Source: an uncultured Candidatus Saccharibacteria bacterium (GTDB lineage Bacteria > Patescibacteriota > Minisyncoccia > Phycocordibacterales > JACOZG01). Taken from it: a DNA stretch of 53,522 nucleotides. Location of the stretch: the NCBI GenBank assembly GCA_964591715.1, contig CAZQDR010000002.1, forward strand, positions 3,614-57,135. The letters run 5' to 3'. Below are positions 15,221 to 23,641 of the stretch, one piece after another. The stretch's first letter is position 1, and each line of letters opens with the position of its first letter. The notes beneath the pieces were generated by a model that saw only the letters and a program-made list of their open reading frames with translations, ran no database searches and was not told the DNA's origin. Made by a program: the position numbers and the translations under genes.

Positions 15221-17198
15221 AGCTTTAAGTTTAGGTAATGGCGTGGCCTTGGTTAACCTCGACAGCCGAGGCCAAGTGCGCGATTTTTATTTCCCCTATG
15301 TTGGCTTGGAGAATCACGTTGGCAATGACTTGGTTCATCGTTTGGGTGTTTGGGTTGATGGTCAACTTAGTTGGACCAGTGATCCGGCTTGGCAAATCTC
15401 GATCACAATGTCGGACGAGGCGCTGGTGGGTCAGTTTACCGCTACGCACGCGGGCCTGGAGATCAAACTAGAGAGTACGGATTTGGTCTTTCATGAGAAG
15501 AATATTTTTGTTCGTCGTATCAAGGTGCAAAACTTAGCCTCACGTGAGCGCTTGATTAAAGTTTTCTTTGGCCAAGAGTTTGAGATGTATCAGTCGCATA
15601 TGGCGCACACGGCCTACTTTGATCCGCATCATCATTGTGTGGTTCATTATCGCAACAAACGCGCTTTTGCGATTAACGCTCAACTGGAAGGCAAAAAATT
15701 TGACGAGTTTTGTACGGGCGTCTTCGGTAGCGAAGGTAAACAAGGAACCTTCCTGGATGCTGGTGATGGCAAGCTGGAGAAGAATCCCATCGAGCACGGC
15801 CGCGCCGACTCGGTGATTGGGGCGAGCGATACCTATCGGGCGGGTGAGGCCAAAATTGTAAGCTACTGGGTGGCCGTGGGCTATGCCATTAAGGAAGTTT
15901 TGGCTCTAAATCAGATGGTAATTGAGCGGGGGATCGGCCACATGATTGAGACGACCGCCAACTACTGGCGTGCTTGGGTCAACCGTCGCAATTTTAACTT
16001 TCATGGTTTGGCTCCCGAAACAGTGGGTTTATTTAAAAAATCACTTTTGATTATTCGCGCTCATGCCGATAGTACCGGTGGCATTATTGCGTCCTGCGAC
16101 TTTACCAATCTCCAGCAAGGCAAGGATACTTATAATTATGTCTGGCCACGCGATGCGGCGATTGCGGCGCAAGCTTTAACTCGCGCTGGTGATACGGCGA
16201 TTGCCCGCAACTTTTTTGCCTTCTGTAATGACGTTTTAACCGAGGAGGGGTACTTGATGCACAAATATAGCCCCGACAAATCGCTCGGTAGTTCGTGGCA
16301 TCCGTGGCTGCGCAAAGGTAAGCCGGAGCTGCCGATTCAGGAGGATGAGACAGGACAGGTGCTGTGGAATTTGTGGCAGTATTACCAGGTCTCTAAAGAT
16401 TTGGAATTTATTGAGTCAATTTATACTTCACTAATAAAACGGGCGGCTGACTTTATGGTGTTGTATCGGGATAATAAAACTGGTTTGCCCAAACCGAGCT
16501 ATGATTTGTGGGAGGAGAAGTTCGGAGTTTCGACCTACACTGCGTGCTGTATTTACGCGGCACTAACGGCGGCGGCTAACTTTGCCCGCCTGCTGGGCAA
16601 AGTTAAAAATGAGGACACCTACACTAAGGCCGCCGCCGAAGTCAAAGCGGCGATTCTTAAGTATTTGTATAACGAGACGACGGGCCACTTTTATAAAATG
16701 ATGATGGTGGGCGAAGGCGAGATTGTTTATGACACCACCGTGGATATCTCCACCGCTTATGGTTTGTGTGTCTTTGGAGTTTTAAGTTATACCGATGAGC
16801 GAACAAAGAGAATGTTTGATCAAGTTAAGGAGCATTTGGAGCTACCATTACCAGTTGGCGGTTTGGCTCGCTATGAACGGGACGTTTACTGCCGTGTTGC
16901 GGGACCAGACTACCCGGGTAACCCGTGGTTTATTACGACGCTCTGGCGAACACAGTATTGGATCAAAATTGCAACCAGTGAAAAAGATTTAGAACGCGCT
17001 CGGGCTGATTTGGCTTGGACGGTCCGTTGGGCCCAAAGCTCCGGACTGCTCGCCGAACAGATTGATCCCTTTACGGGAGCCCAACTTTCGGTCTCACCAT
17101 TAGTTTGGAGCCATTCGGAGTTTGTCTTGACGGTGATCGCTTATTTGGACAAACTGGAGGAACTGGGCGTCTGCAAAGCCTGTAACCCAGTCTATTAA
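15213..17198 (+). CDS. glycoside hydrolase family 15 (glucoamylase/glucodextranase-like)
   Basis: 661 aa. YNYVWPRDAAIAAQAL, LPIQEDETGQVLW, DLWEEKFGVSTYT are GH15 catalytic-domain motifs. The start overlaps the GH57 stop (ATGTCTAA, 15213..15220). Confidence 0.9.
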   Translation: MSKALSLGNGVALVNLDSRGQVRDFYFPYVGLENHVGNDLVHRLGVWVDGQLSWTSDPAWQISITMSDEALVGQFTATHAGLEIKLESTDLVFHEKNIFVRRIKVQNLASRERLIKVFFGQEFEMYQSHMAHTAYFDPHHHCVVHYRNKRAFAINAQLEGKKFDEFCTGVFGSEGKQGTFLDAGDGKLEKNPIEHGRADSVIGASDTYRAGEAKIVSYWVAVGYAIKEVLALNQMVIERGIGHMIETTANYWRAWVNRRNFNFHGLAPETVGLFKKSLLIIRAHADSTGGIIASCDFTNLQQGKDTYNYVWPRDAAIAAQALTRAGDTAIARNFFAFCNDVLTEEGYLMHKYSPDKSLGSSWHPWLRKGKPELPIQEDETGQVLWNLWQYYQVSKDLEFIESIYTSLIKRAADFMVLYRDNKTGLPKPSYDLWEEKFGVSTYTACCIYAALTAAANFARLLGKVKNEDTYTKAAAEVKAAILKYLYNETTGHFYKMMMVGEGEIVYDTTVDISTAYGLCVFGVLSYTDERTKRMFDQVKEHLELPLPVGGLARYERDVYCRVAGPDYPGNPWFITTLWRTQYWIKIATSEKDLERARADLAWTVRWAQSSGLLAEQIDPFTGAQLSVSPLVWSHSEFVLTVIAYLDKLEELGVCKACNPVY

Positions 17199-17202
17199 TT
17201 AA

Positions 17203-17232
17203 TTGACAAAATAGATATATTTGTGGTAGTTC
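17203..17232 (+). promoter_or_regulatory. sigma70-like promoter TTGACA-N18-TAGTTC
   Basis: TTGACA 17203..17208. The ttgtggTAGTTc -10 region is identical over 11 nt to the one at 1372..1382. Confidence 0.4.
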
Positions 17233-17281
17233 TGATAAGGGAATCTTTGAAAAACAAAAACCTAAAAACAAGGAGCTTGCG

Positions 17282-18619
17282 ATGTGGATTATCGATTGGT
17301 GGCGGAATCGCAGAATTAGACGCGAAGCGAAGGAGATTCAACGGGCCGTTGCTGGCTTGAATCAGGGACTAAGTGATGCTTTGTCTGGTCGCTGGCAGCC
17401 CCCATTGGAGCAGGCCGTAGAAAGGGCTAAGAAGGAGGTGGCTACCCTCAGGGAAGGAAAAATGTACCTGACGGGTTACGACGATATGTATATCCGTAAG
17501 GCGGTGGCGCTTGGGATTTCGTATGAGATCCTGGGGACGTCAGCGGCAGAGGTGGAACTGCTTGTGCGACTAGGTGGCACATATAAAAATGCCGCCAGTA
17601 AATTGTTGACCAAAGCTCGAAACGATCCATCTTTCGTGTTTTCCTCTCTAACTGATTTGGCTAAAAAAGGAGGTTTTACTTTAGCCGATATTGGCACGAA
17701 CGAATCCGAACTGAAGGCGATTGACCACCTTTTTGAAGTCCAACTTTGTCGAAGAGGGCTGGATGACCTTAGGAGGTGGAGTGCGGGGTGTAGATCACCC
17801 GCCGCGAGTGATCTCGATTTTCTTTGCGAAGATGTTCAAAAGCAGATGACGGAAGGTCAAATCGGCTGGGAGGAGCTCGAAATATCCGAAGCAGAATTTC
17901 TTGAGTTGCGTCGGCTAGCTCACGAGCAAGAAGCGCGAGACCGACTGAAAATCTTCCGTGATTACGCGGAGATTGGCCATGCGCACGATCGACCGGATTT
18001 GCTCCAGAACTTAGAGAAGCATTTAATGAGTGCCAATCTGACTCTGGAGAACATTGGCTCGAGTGTGGAAGAAATCACAACTCTTCGTCTGCTGTCTTGG
18101 CGGGTGCATGCTAGGAATCGTTTGATCAAACTACGTGAGCCGGACGCCGACTGGTTTTTTGGAATCAGCCGTCCGGGCTTTCCTGTCTACGATCCAGACG
18201 AGGAAGAGGCAGCTTTGCGTGAGGAGGTAAGCAAATCAAAGGCAACCCTCTCTGATCTTGGAGTGAGTGAAGATGAGTTGGCAGAAATCCTCGTCAGGGC
18301 TCATAAGTTTCGGGCGGAGTATCTGCTGAATCACTTGCGCCAGCTGGCAAATACTCCCCGGAGAACTATCGGAGGTATTGTTGGATCGGTCTTGAGTCAC
18401 GCTCAGGGTCGGAAAGGTTTGGCGCAGTTGCTACATTCATCTATTGTTCAGCCTGGGGTGGCGACGGCTCTCGCTCAGCGCGAAGAGAATTATCAGAATA
18501 CTGATCGTGATCTTCAGGCAATTAGGCTTTCTGCGAGTCGGTTGGGGGTAAGTCTTGCGCAGCTTGGTACTAGCGAAGACGAGCTCTCCGAACTGGTTTC
18601 TAAGATTGCACAAAGATAG
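17282..18619 (+). CDS. hypothetical protein with six copies of a ~19-aa L-x-x-[LI]-G-x-S-x-x-E-[LI] motif
   Basis: 445 aa. AAGGAG lies 6 nt upstream. Motif copies: ISYEILGTSAAEVELLVR, FTLADIGTNESELKAIDH, GWEELEISEAEFLELR, LTLENIGSSVEEITTLRL, ATLSDLGVSEDELAEILV, VSLAQLGTSEDELSELVS. Confidence 0.7.
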   Translation: MWIIDWWRNRRIRREAKEIQRAVAGLNQGLSDALSGRWQPPLEQAVERAKKEVATLREGKMYLTGYDDMYIRKAVALGISYEILGTSAAEVELLVRLGGTYKNAASKLLTKARNDPSFVFSSLTDLAKKGGFTLADIGTNESELKAIDHLFEVQLCRRGLDDLRRWSAGCRSPAASDLDFLCEDVQKQMTEGQIGWEELEISEAEFLELRRLAHEQEARDRLKIFRDYAEIGHAHDRPDLLQNLEKHLMSANLTLENIGSSVEEITTLRLLSWRVHARNRLIKLREPDADWFFGISRPGFPVYDPDEEEAALREEVSKSKATLSDLGVSEDELAEILVRAHKFRAEYLLNHLRQLANTPRRTIGGIVGSVLSHAQGRKGLAQLLHSSIVQPGVATALAQREENYQNTDRDLQAIRLSASRLGVSLAQLGTSEDELSELVSKIAQR

Positions 18620-18629
18620 GGAATAGTCT

Positions 18630-18661
18630 GCCGGGTTGCCTTAGGGTGACCCGGCTTTTTT
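18630..18661 (+). terminator. intrinsic terminator
   Basis: gccgggt ... acccggc, then TTTTTT. Confidence 0.75.
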
Positions 18662-18697
18662 ATATTTTACTATAATCTGCTAAAGTACAAATGTTAG

Positions 18698-19927
18698 ATG
18701 CTTAAATTCACGATTCAGCAAAAGCTCGCCAATAGTTTAGGGCGAGCGGGGAGAATTGAGACCGCGCACGGCGTCATTGAAACGCCGGCTTTCGTGGTGG
18801 TGGGGACTAAGGCTACCGTCAAAGCGGTAACACCCGAGCAGGTGCGCGAGCTCGGCGGCCAGGTGGTTCTGGCCAACACTTACCACTTATATTTACAGTC
18901 CGGCTCAGAGCTAATCCATCAGGCTGGTGGGATCCACAATTTTATGAACTGGCCTGGACCAACGATGACGGACTCGGGTGGCTTTCAAGTCTTCTCTCTG
19001 GGTGCAGCGTTTGGACAAGTAGTGTCTAAAGTTAGCGGAGGAGACACTCGGGAATTTTTAGCTTCGTCGGAGCCCGTTAGCAAACGGGTAAAGAAGGAAA
19101 AATTCGCGAGTGTTCCGGAGAGGGAATTACCTTTGGCTAAAGTTGACGATGAGGGGGTGACTTTTAAATCTCACATTGATGGCAGCACGCATCGCCTCAC
19201 GCCGGAACGCTCAATTGAGATTCAACATCAAATTGGCGCTGATATTATTTTTGCCTTCGATGAGTGTACCTCGCCGCAAGCCTCGAGAGAGTATCAAGAG
19301 CAAGCTTTAGCTCGCACTCACGCCTGGGCTAAACGCAGTTTGGCCGAACACCAAAAGTTGGGTGGCGAACAGGCGCTCTATGGTATTGTCCAGGGCGGAA
19401 ATTTTAAAGACTTGCGCGAGCAAAGTGCTAAATTAATTGGCGGCCTTGGCTTCGACGGCTTTGGGATTGGTGGCTCGTTTACCAAGGAGGATATTGGTAC
19501 AGCCGTGGCCTGGGTCAATCAGACATTACCAGAGGATAAGCCGCGCCATCTTTTAGGAATTGGTGAGCCAGAGGATTTGTTCGCGGGCGTGGAGCAGGGG
19601 GTGGATACTTTTGATTGCGTGATCCCCACGCGGATGGCGCGTCACGGGCAACTCTTTACCACACGGGGCAAGCTAAATATTTTAAATGCTAAGTTCCGCA
19701 CCGACTTTACGCCGATTGAATCAGGCTGCGGTTGCCAAACTTGTAAAAGTTATACCCGCGCTTACTTGGCGCATCTCTTTCGTGCCAAAGAAATGTTGGC
19801 TGGCACGCTGGCCTCCATTCACAATCTCTATTTTCTCGTTAATCTTACCAAGCGTATCCGCCAGTCTATCTTGGATAACAACTTCGCGCAGTTTAAAAAA
19901 GATTTCCTCATTCGGTATCAAGGATAA
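18698..19927 (+). CDS. tgt: queuine tRNA-ribosyltransferase
   Basis: 409 aa. LANTYHLYLQ, MTDSGGFQVFSL, FAFDECT, Zn site CGCQTCKSYTRAYLAHL. It carries a ~45-aa insertion after the DSGGFQ strand. Confidence 0.9.
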   Translation: MLKFTIQQKLANSLGRAGRIETAHGVIETPAFVVVGTKATVKAVTPEQVRELGGQVVLANTYHLYLQSGSELIHQAGGIHNFMNWPGPTMTDSGGFQVFSLGAAFGQVVSKVSGGDTREFLASSEPVSKRVKKEKFASVPERELPLAKVDDEGVTFKSHIDGSTHRLTPERSIEIQHQIGADIIFAFDECTSPQASREYQEQALARTHAWAKRSLAEHQKLGGEQALYGIVQGGNFKDLREQSAKLIGGLGFDGFGIGGSFTKEDIGTAVAWVNQTLPEDKPRHLLGIGEPEDLFAGVEQGVDTFDCVIPTRMARHGQLFTTRGKLNILNAKFRTDFTPIESGCGCQTCKSYTRAYLAHLFRAKEMLAGTLASIHNLYFLVNLTKRIRQSILDNNFAQFKKDFLIRYQG

Positions 19928-19936
19928 AATTAGTGT

Positions 19937-19965
19937 TTGACGGACGTGTCCGCTTATTGTAATCT
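19937..19965 (+). promoter_or_regulatory. sigma70-like promoter TTGACG-N17-TAATCT
   Basis: TTGACG 19937..19942, TAATCT 19960..19965. Confidence 0.4.
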
Positions 19966-20024
19966 AAAAATGGATGGGTATTGCGTAATACCCTAGGTTT
20001 TTCTCACACACAGGGGAGTGGATC

Positions 20025-20930
20025 ATGAAAACCTCAGCCGTTATCGCGTACGTGGTCATTGGTGTCGCGGTGGGCTTCCTGGTTAGGGGGCAACTGCAAT
20101 CAGCGGTGCCGGTTCAGACGATGGTGCCAGCGGTGTTGCCGGTGGCCCAAACGGTACCGCCACCGATTCCGGCCGCGGCGCCGATTGCACCCGCGCCGGT
20201 TCAGCCTGTGGCTCCAGCACCGAGTGCGCCAGTGCAGCCCATCGAACCAGTATCGAAGCTGGGCCCGGCTGGTCAAGCAGTCGAAACGTTCTTCCGGAAC
20301 CTGGAATTTGAACGCTACCGAGAAATGTGGGGTCAGACTGTTCATTCGCGCAATGAAGATGTTTTCGTGGACTGTCTCAAAAACACGCCTATTCGGTGCA
20401 CTAACTACCGAGTGGTGTCGGAAGAGAAAGATGGCGAGAACTGGAGTGTTTCCGTCGCCGCCGACTTGACCGAGGTTACCTCGGCCTTTGCCGCCTGCAT
20501 GATCAACACCCAGATAACGGATGACGACAAGGTGGCTCGTTTCAGATTTAAACCGTTGATGCTCGGGATCGAGGCGATGGCTCCCTTCAAACAACAGTGG
20601 CGCGTGATCAAACTGGACAACCATTATCTCATTGATCTGGGGGCCGGTGAATCCAAGGTTTTGCGGCAAAGCAACTTTATGAATTATGTGCTGGATGCGG
20701 CGAGAATCATGGATTTTGGTGCCGCGGCGAGAGGATCAACGAATCGTGGTGTCAGTCAAGCGGCCGCCTGGTTAGCCATTGTTTCAAACGACCTTGGGTT
20801 GACTCAAGAGCAAAATGATAAGGTGATCGAGGACTCAGTGCCACTGGTCAATCGCGGCTTGCTCAAGTTGAAGGAGTTTGTTGACCAGTCGAAGGCTCTC
20901 AAACAGAATCCTGGCGCCAAGGTTTACTGA
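20025..20930 (+). CDS. membrane-anchored hypothetical protein with Pro/Ala-rich linker
   Basis: 301 aa. TM helix, then (PV/PA)-rich region PVQTMVPAVLPVAQTVPPPIPAAAPIAPAPVQPVAPAPSAPVQP, then a globular domain of unknown family. SD aggggag. Confidence 0.65.
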   Translation: MKTSAVIAYVVIGVAVGFLVRGQLQSAVPVQTMVPAVLPVAQTVPPPIPAAAPIAPAPVQPVAPAPSAPVQPIEPVSKLGPAGQAVETFFRNLEFERYREMWGQTVHSRNEDVFVDCLKNTPIRCTNYRVVSEEKDGENWSVSVAADLTEVTSAFAACMINTQITDDDKVARFRFKPLMLGIEAMAPFKQQWRVIKLDNHYLIDLGAGESKVLRQSNFMNYVLDAARIMDFGAAARGSTNRGVSQAAAWLAIVSNDLGLTQEQNDKVIEDSVPLVNRGLLKLKEFVDQSKALKQNPGAKVY

Positions 20931-20959
20931 CAACTGAGATCGAGATAGATGTGCAAAGT

Positions 20960-20987
20960 GACCCCGCCTACGGACGGGGTCTTTTTT
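20960..20987 (+). terminator. intrinsic terminator
   Basis: gaccccg / cctacgga / cggggtc, then TTTTTT. Confidence 0.75.
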
Positions 20988-21001
20988 ATCTGATAAATTT
21001 G

Positions 21002-21010
21002 TGGTAAAAT
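21002..21010 (+). promoter_or_regulatory. extended -10 TGgTAAAAT 8 nt upstream of uvrB ATG (leaderless-type)
   Basis: ttgTGgTAAAATgcggagtcATG. Confidence 0.45.
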
Positions 21011-21018
21011 GCGGAGTC

Positions 21019-23043
21019 ATGTTTAAACTTAAATCACCATTTGAGCCAGCGGGGGATCAACCCAAGGCGATTGCAGAGCTCCTGTCCGGACTAAGAAAGG
21101 ATTTGCGTCATCAAACCCTGCTCGGCGTTACGGGTTCTGGTAAGACTTTTACTATGGCCAATGTTATTGCCGCGGTGCAAAAACCGACACTGGTGATTGC
21201 TCACAACAAAACCTTGGCTGCCCAGCTGGCGCAGGAGTATCAGGACTTCTTTCCCGAGAATGCGGTGCATTATTTTGTTTCCTATTACGACTACTATCAG
21301 CCTGAGGCTTACATTGCTCACAGTGACACTTATATTGAAAAGGATGCTCAAATTAACGAAGAGATTGATCGCTTGCGCCACGCCTCCACTCAAGCGCTCT
21401 TAACGCGCAAGGATGTCATCATTGTCGCTTCAGTTTCTTGTATTTACGGTTTGGGTAGTCCGGCCGAGTATGAGGAGGAACATGTTAAGTTAGAGGTGGG
21501 GCAAAAATACTCTCGTGATCAACTGATCCGCAAATTAATTTCGATTTACTATACCCGCACGAATGCGGAGTTGGATAAGGGGGGTGTCTTTCGCGCTATT
21601 GGTAACTCGGTCGAGATTATTACCCCCAGCGCGCGCGAAATTTATAATATTGTTATTAGTGGCGGGGTGATTGATGAGATTATTACCGTCGATCCGGTTA
21701 GTCGCTCCATTTTGGATCGGCCCAATCACGTCTTTCTTTTTCCCGCGAAGCACTTTATTACCAATTTGGCCAAACGGGATCGGGCAATTGCTTCTATTCG
21801 ACAAGAATTAAAGGAACGACTCGAGGTGCTGGAGAAGGCCGGCAAACTACTTGAGGCTGATCGGCTAAAGCGCCGCACCAACTATGACTTAGCCATGATT
21901 GCCGAGGTGGGTTATTGCAGTGGGATTGAAAATTATTCCCGTCACCTCTCGGAGCGGCCTGCTGGTTCGCCACCCGACACGCTGTTGTCCTACTTTCCTC
22001 ACCAGTCGGATGGCACGCCCGACTTTTTAACAGTGATTGATGAGTCTCACGTTGCTGTACCCCAGGTTTCCGGAATGTATGCTGGTGATGAGAGCCGTAA
22101 AAAAAATCTGGTGGAGTATGGCTTCCGTTTGCCCAGCGCCATGGATAACCGACCGCTTAAGTTTAACGAGTTTGAGGAGCGCGTTGGCCAAGTAGTTTAC
22201 ACCAGCGCCACGCCGGGTAAGTACGAGCTGGAGCACAGTCAGCAAGTGGTTGAGCAGATCATTCGTCCGACCGGTTTGATTGACCCGGAGATTTTTGTTC
22301 GGCCGATCATGGAGCGCGACAGTTACCCCGGCCAGATCAAAGATTTTATTGCTGAGGCGGAGAAGGAGATTAAAGCCGGTCGCCGCGTTATTGCCACCAC
22401 GCTAACCAAAAAAATGGCCGAGGACCTCTCGACCTATTTAAAGCAAGGGGACCTGCCTGCCGGCAGGCAGGTGAAGGCCGAGTATTTACATAGCGAGGTT
22501 AAGACATTGGATCGGATCAAAATTTTAACTGAGTTTCGCAAGGGCGTCTTTGACTGCTTGGTCGGTGTTAACCTTTTGCGTGAAGGTTTGGATTTGCCTG
22601 AAGTGAGTTTGATCGGCATTTTGGATGCAGACAAGGAAGGCTTTTTGCGATCAGAAACTTCCCTGATTCAAACAATCGGTCGCGCAGCTCGTAATCTTTT
22701 TGGTCGCGTTATTTTATATGCTGATACAGTGACTGGCTCGATGGATCGGGCAATTAAAGAGACGACGCGCCGCCGGACGATTCAGTTGGCTTACAATAAA
22801 AAGCACAACATTACTCCTAAAACAGTTATTAAAAATATTAAAGACATCACCGAGGCGTTAGAGACCGAGCGTGATAAGACTGTCCGCAGTATGGTAATGA
22901 TGGACCGGCAACTTTACGGAAAAAACTTAAGTAAATTGATTAAAGAGAAGGAGAAGCAGATGAACGCCGCGGTCAAAGAACTCGACTTTGAAACGGCGGC
23001 TCTGTTGAGAGACGAAATCAAGGCTTTGACCCAAAAGGACTGA
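21019..23043 (+). CDS. uvrB: excinuclease ABC subunit B
   Basis: The ORF track gives 21001 (GTG). ATG 21019 gives the canonical N-terminus MFKLKSPFEPAGDQPKAI. GVTGSGKT Walker A, DESH box, C-terminal UVR motif (LDFETAALLRDEI). Confidence 0.95.
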   Translation: MFKLKSPFEPAGDQPKAIAELLSGLRKDLRHQTLLGVTGSGKTFTMANVIAAVQKPTLVIAHNKTLAAQLAQEYQDFFPENAVHYFVSYYDYYQPEAYIAHSDTYIEKDAQINEEIDRLRHASTQALLTRKDVIIVASVSCIYGLGSPAEYEEEHVKLEVGQKYSRDQLIRKLISIYYTRTNAELDKGGVFRAIGNSVEIITPSAREIYNIVISGGVIDEIITVDPVSRSILDRPNHVFLFPAKHFITNLAKRDRAIASIRQELKERLEVLEKAGKLLEADRLKRRTNYDLAMIAEVGYCSGIENYSRHLSERPAGSPPDTLLSYFPHQSDGTPDFLTVIDESHVAVPQVSGMYAGDESRKKNLVEYGFRLPSAMDNRPLKFNEFEERVGQVVYTSATPGKYELEHSQQVVEQIIRPTGLIDPEIFVRPIMERDSYPGQIKDFIAEAEKEIKAGRRVIATTLTKKMAEDLSTYLKQGDLPAGRQVKAEYLHSEVKTLDRIKILTEFRKGVFDCLVGVNLLREGLDLPEVSLIGILDADKEGFLRSETSLIQTIGRAARNLFGRVILYADTVTGSMDRAIKETTRRRTIQLAYNKKHNITPKTVIKNIKDITEALETERDKTVRSMVMMDRQLYGKNLSKLIKEKEKQMNAAVKELDFETAALLRDEIKALTQKD

Positions 23044-23068
23044 CAATTGACCTGATTTATGGTATAGT
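23040..23068 (+). promoter_or_regulatory. promoter CTGACA-N17-TGgTATAGT
   Basis: CTGACA 23040..23045 (overlaps the uvrB stop), extended -10 tggTATAGT 23060..23068. Confidence 0.5.
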
Positions 23069-23111
23069 CTCCATTGGTTCAGGTCATCACGATGGATTGT
23101 GGAGGCCAGTC

Positions 23112-23219
23112 ATGAGGTTGATTGCGCGCGCACTGTTCCTGTTGCTGTGGCTTACTTCGGGTCGGCCATCGTCGGAGGAGTCGAGGCTCCTGCCAACGGA
23201 GAAGGGTTTCAGAGAATGA
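23112..23219 (+). CDS. possible 35-aa hydrophobic/secreted peptide
   Basis: Translated by hand: MRLIARALFLLLWLTSGRPSSEESRLLPTEKGFRE*. GGAGG 23101..23105 lies 6 nt upstream. Its own promoter lies upstream and a strong hairpin immediately downstream. Confidence 0.4.
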   Translation: MRLIARALFLLLWLTSGRPSSEESRLLPTEKGFRE

Positions 23220-23222
23220 AAA

Positions 23223-23254
23223 ATCGCGGGGGTGACATCTGTCACACCCGCGAT
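23223..23254. terminator. bidirectional intrinsic terminator
   Basis: 14-bp stem atcgcgggggtgac / gtcacacccgcgat with one mismatch and loop atct. It is flanked by AAAAA (23219..23223, a T-run on the minus strand) and by tatttgtt on the plus strand. Shared by convergent genes. Confidence 0.75.
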
Positions 23255-23538
23255 TATTTGTTCGCCTTACTTTCAAACGAGTAATCGCTTTCCGGCTCGG
23301 CTTTGCCTTCCTTCTTTTTCTTCTTGGCGCGCAATTTGCGGGCCTTGGCCAGCGCCTTCTTCAGGTAGCCGGTTTTGCGGGGAACGATCTCTCCCTCCTG
23401 GATTTCTACCCGGCCGCGATGCAACAGGAAGCGGATCATCCGCTTTAGCCGATGAACTGCTGGATCGCCGGGCTTGAGTTTGGCCAAGAGGTCAAGTAAG
23501 ACCCGAATGGACAAGAATTTAATTGCCAATTTGGGCAT
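23254..23538 (-). CDS. hypothetical basic protein (94 aa)
   Basis: ORF track. On the minus strand, aaggggg lies 5 nt upstream of the ATG. Lys-rich tail (KALAKARKLRAKKKKKEGK). No family recognised. Confidence 0.55.
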   Translation of the reverse strand: MPKLAIKFLSIRVLLDLLAKLKPGDPAVHRLKRMIRFLLHRGRVEIQEGEIVPRKTGYLKKALAKARKLRAKKKKKEGKAEPESDYSFESKANK

Positions 23539-23591
23539 GAGGCACCCCCTTTCAGCTCTGCTATTTACGCTATCACAAATTCGTGGGATGT

Positions 23592-23599
23592 GCTAGAAT
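23592..23599 (+). promoter_or_regulatory. extended -10 TGcTAGAAT upstream of uvrA
   Basis: gtgTGcTAGAATcgg. The ~36-nt leader contains the hairpin cccctat/caccac/atagggg (23610..23629). Confidence 0.4.
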
Positions 23600-23641
23600 C
23601 GGACCGTACCCCTATCACCACATAGGGGCCAATTTTAGTTC

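Noticed and set aside
20059-20669. Alternate-frame ORFs (20059..20469 +, 20100..20669 -) in the Pro/Ala-rich gene
   Set aside because: They are Arg-rich low-complexity translations produced by the GC-rich proline-coding stretch. The 20025 frame has the SD, a TM helix and a terminator.
23069-23262. The ~190-nt promoter-to-terminator unit considered as a housekeeping ncRNA (SRP/4.5S or 6S RNA)
   Set aside because: I could not find the conserved SRP domain-IV motif or a long 6S-like closing helix (only a 9-bp imperfect 5'/3' pairing). The unit contains a well-placed GGAGG-ATG ORF. The ncRNA possibility remains open to a cmsearch test.
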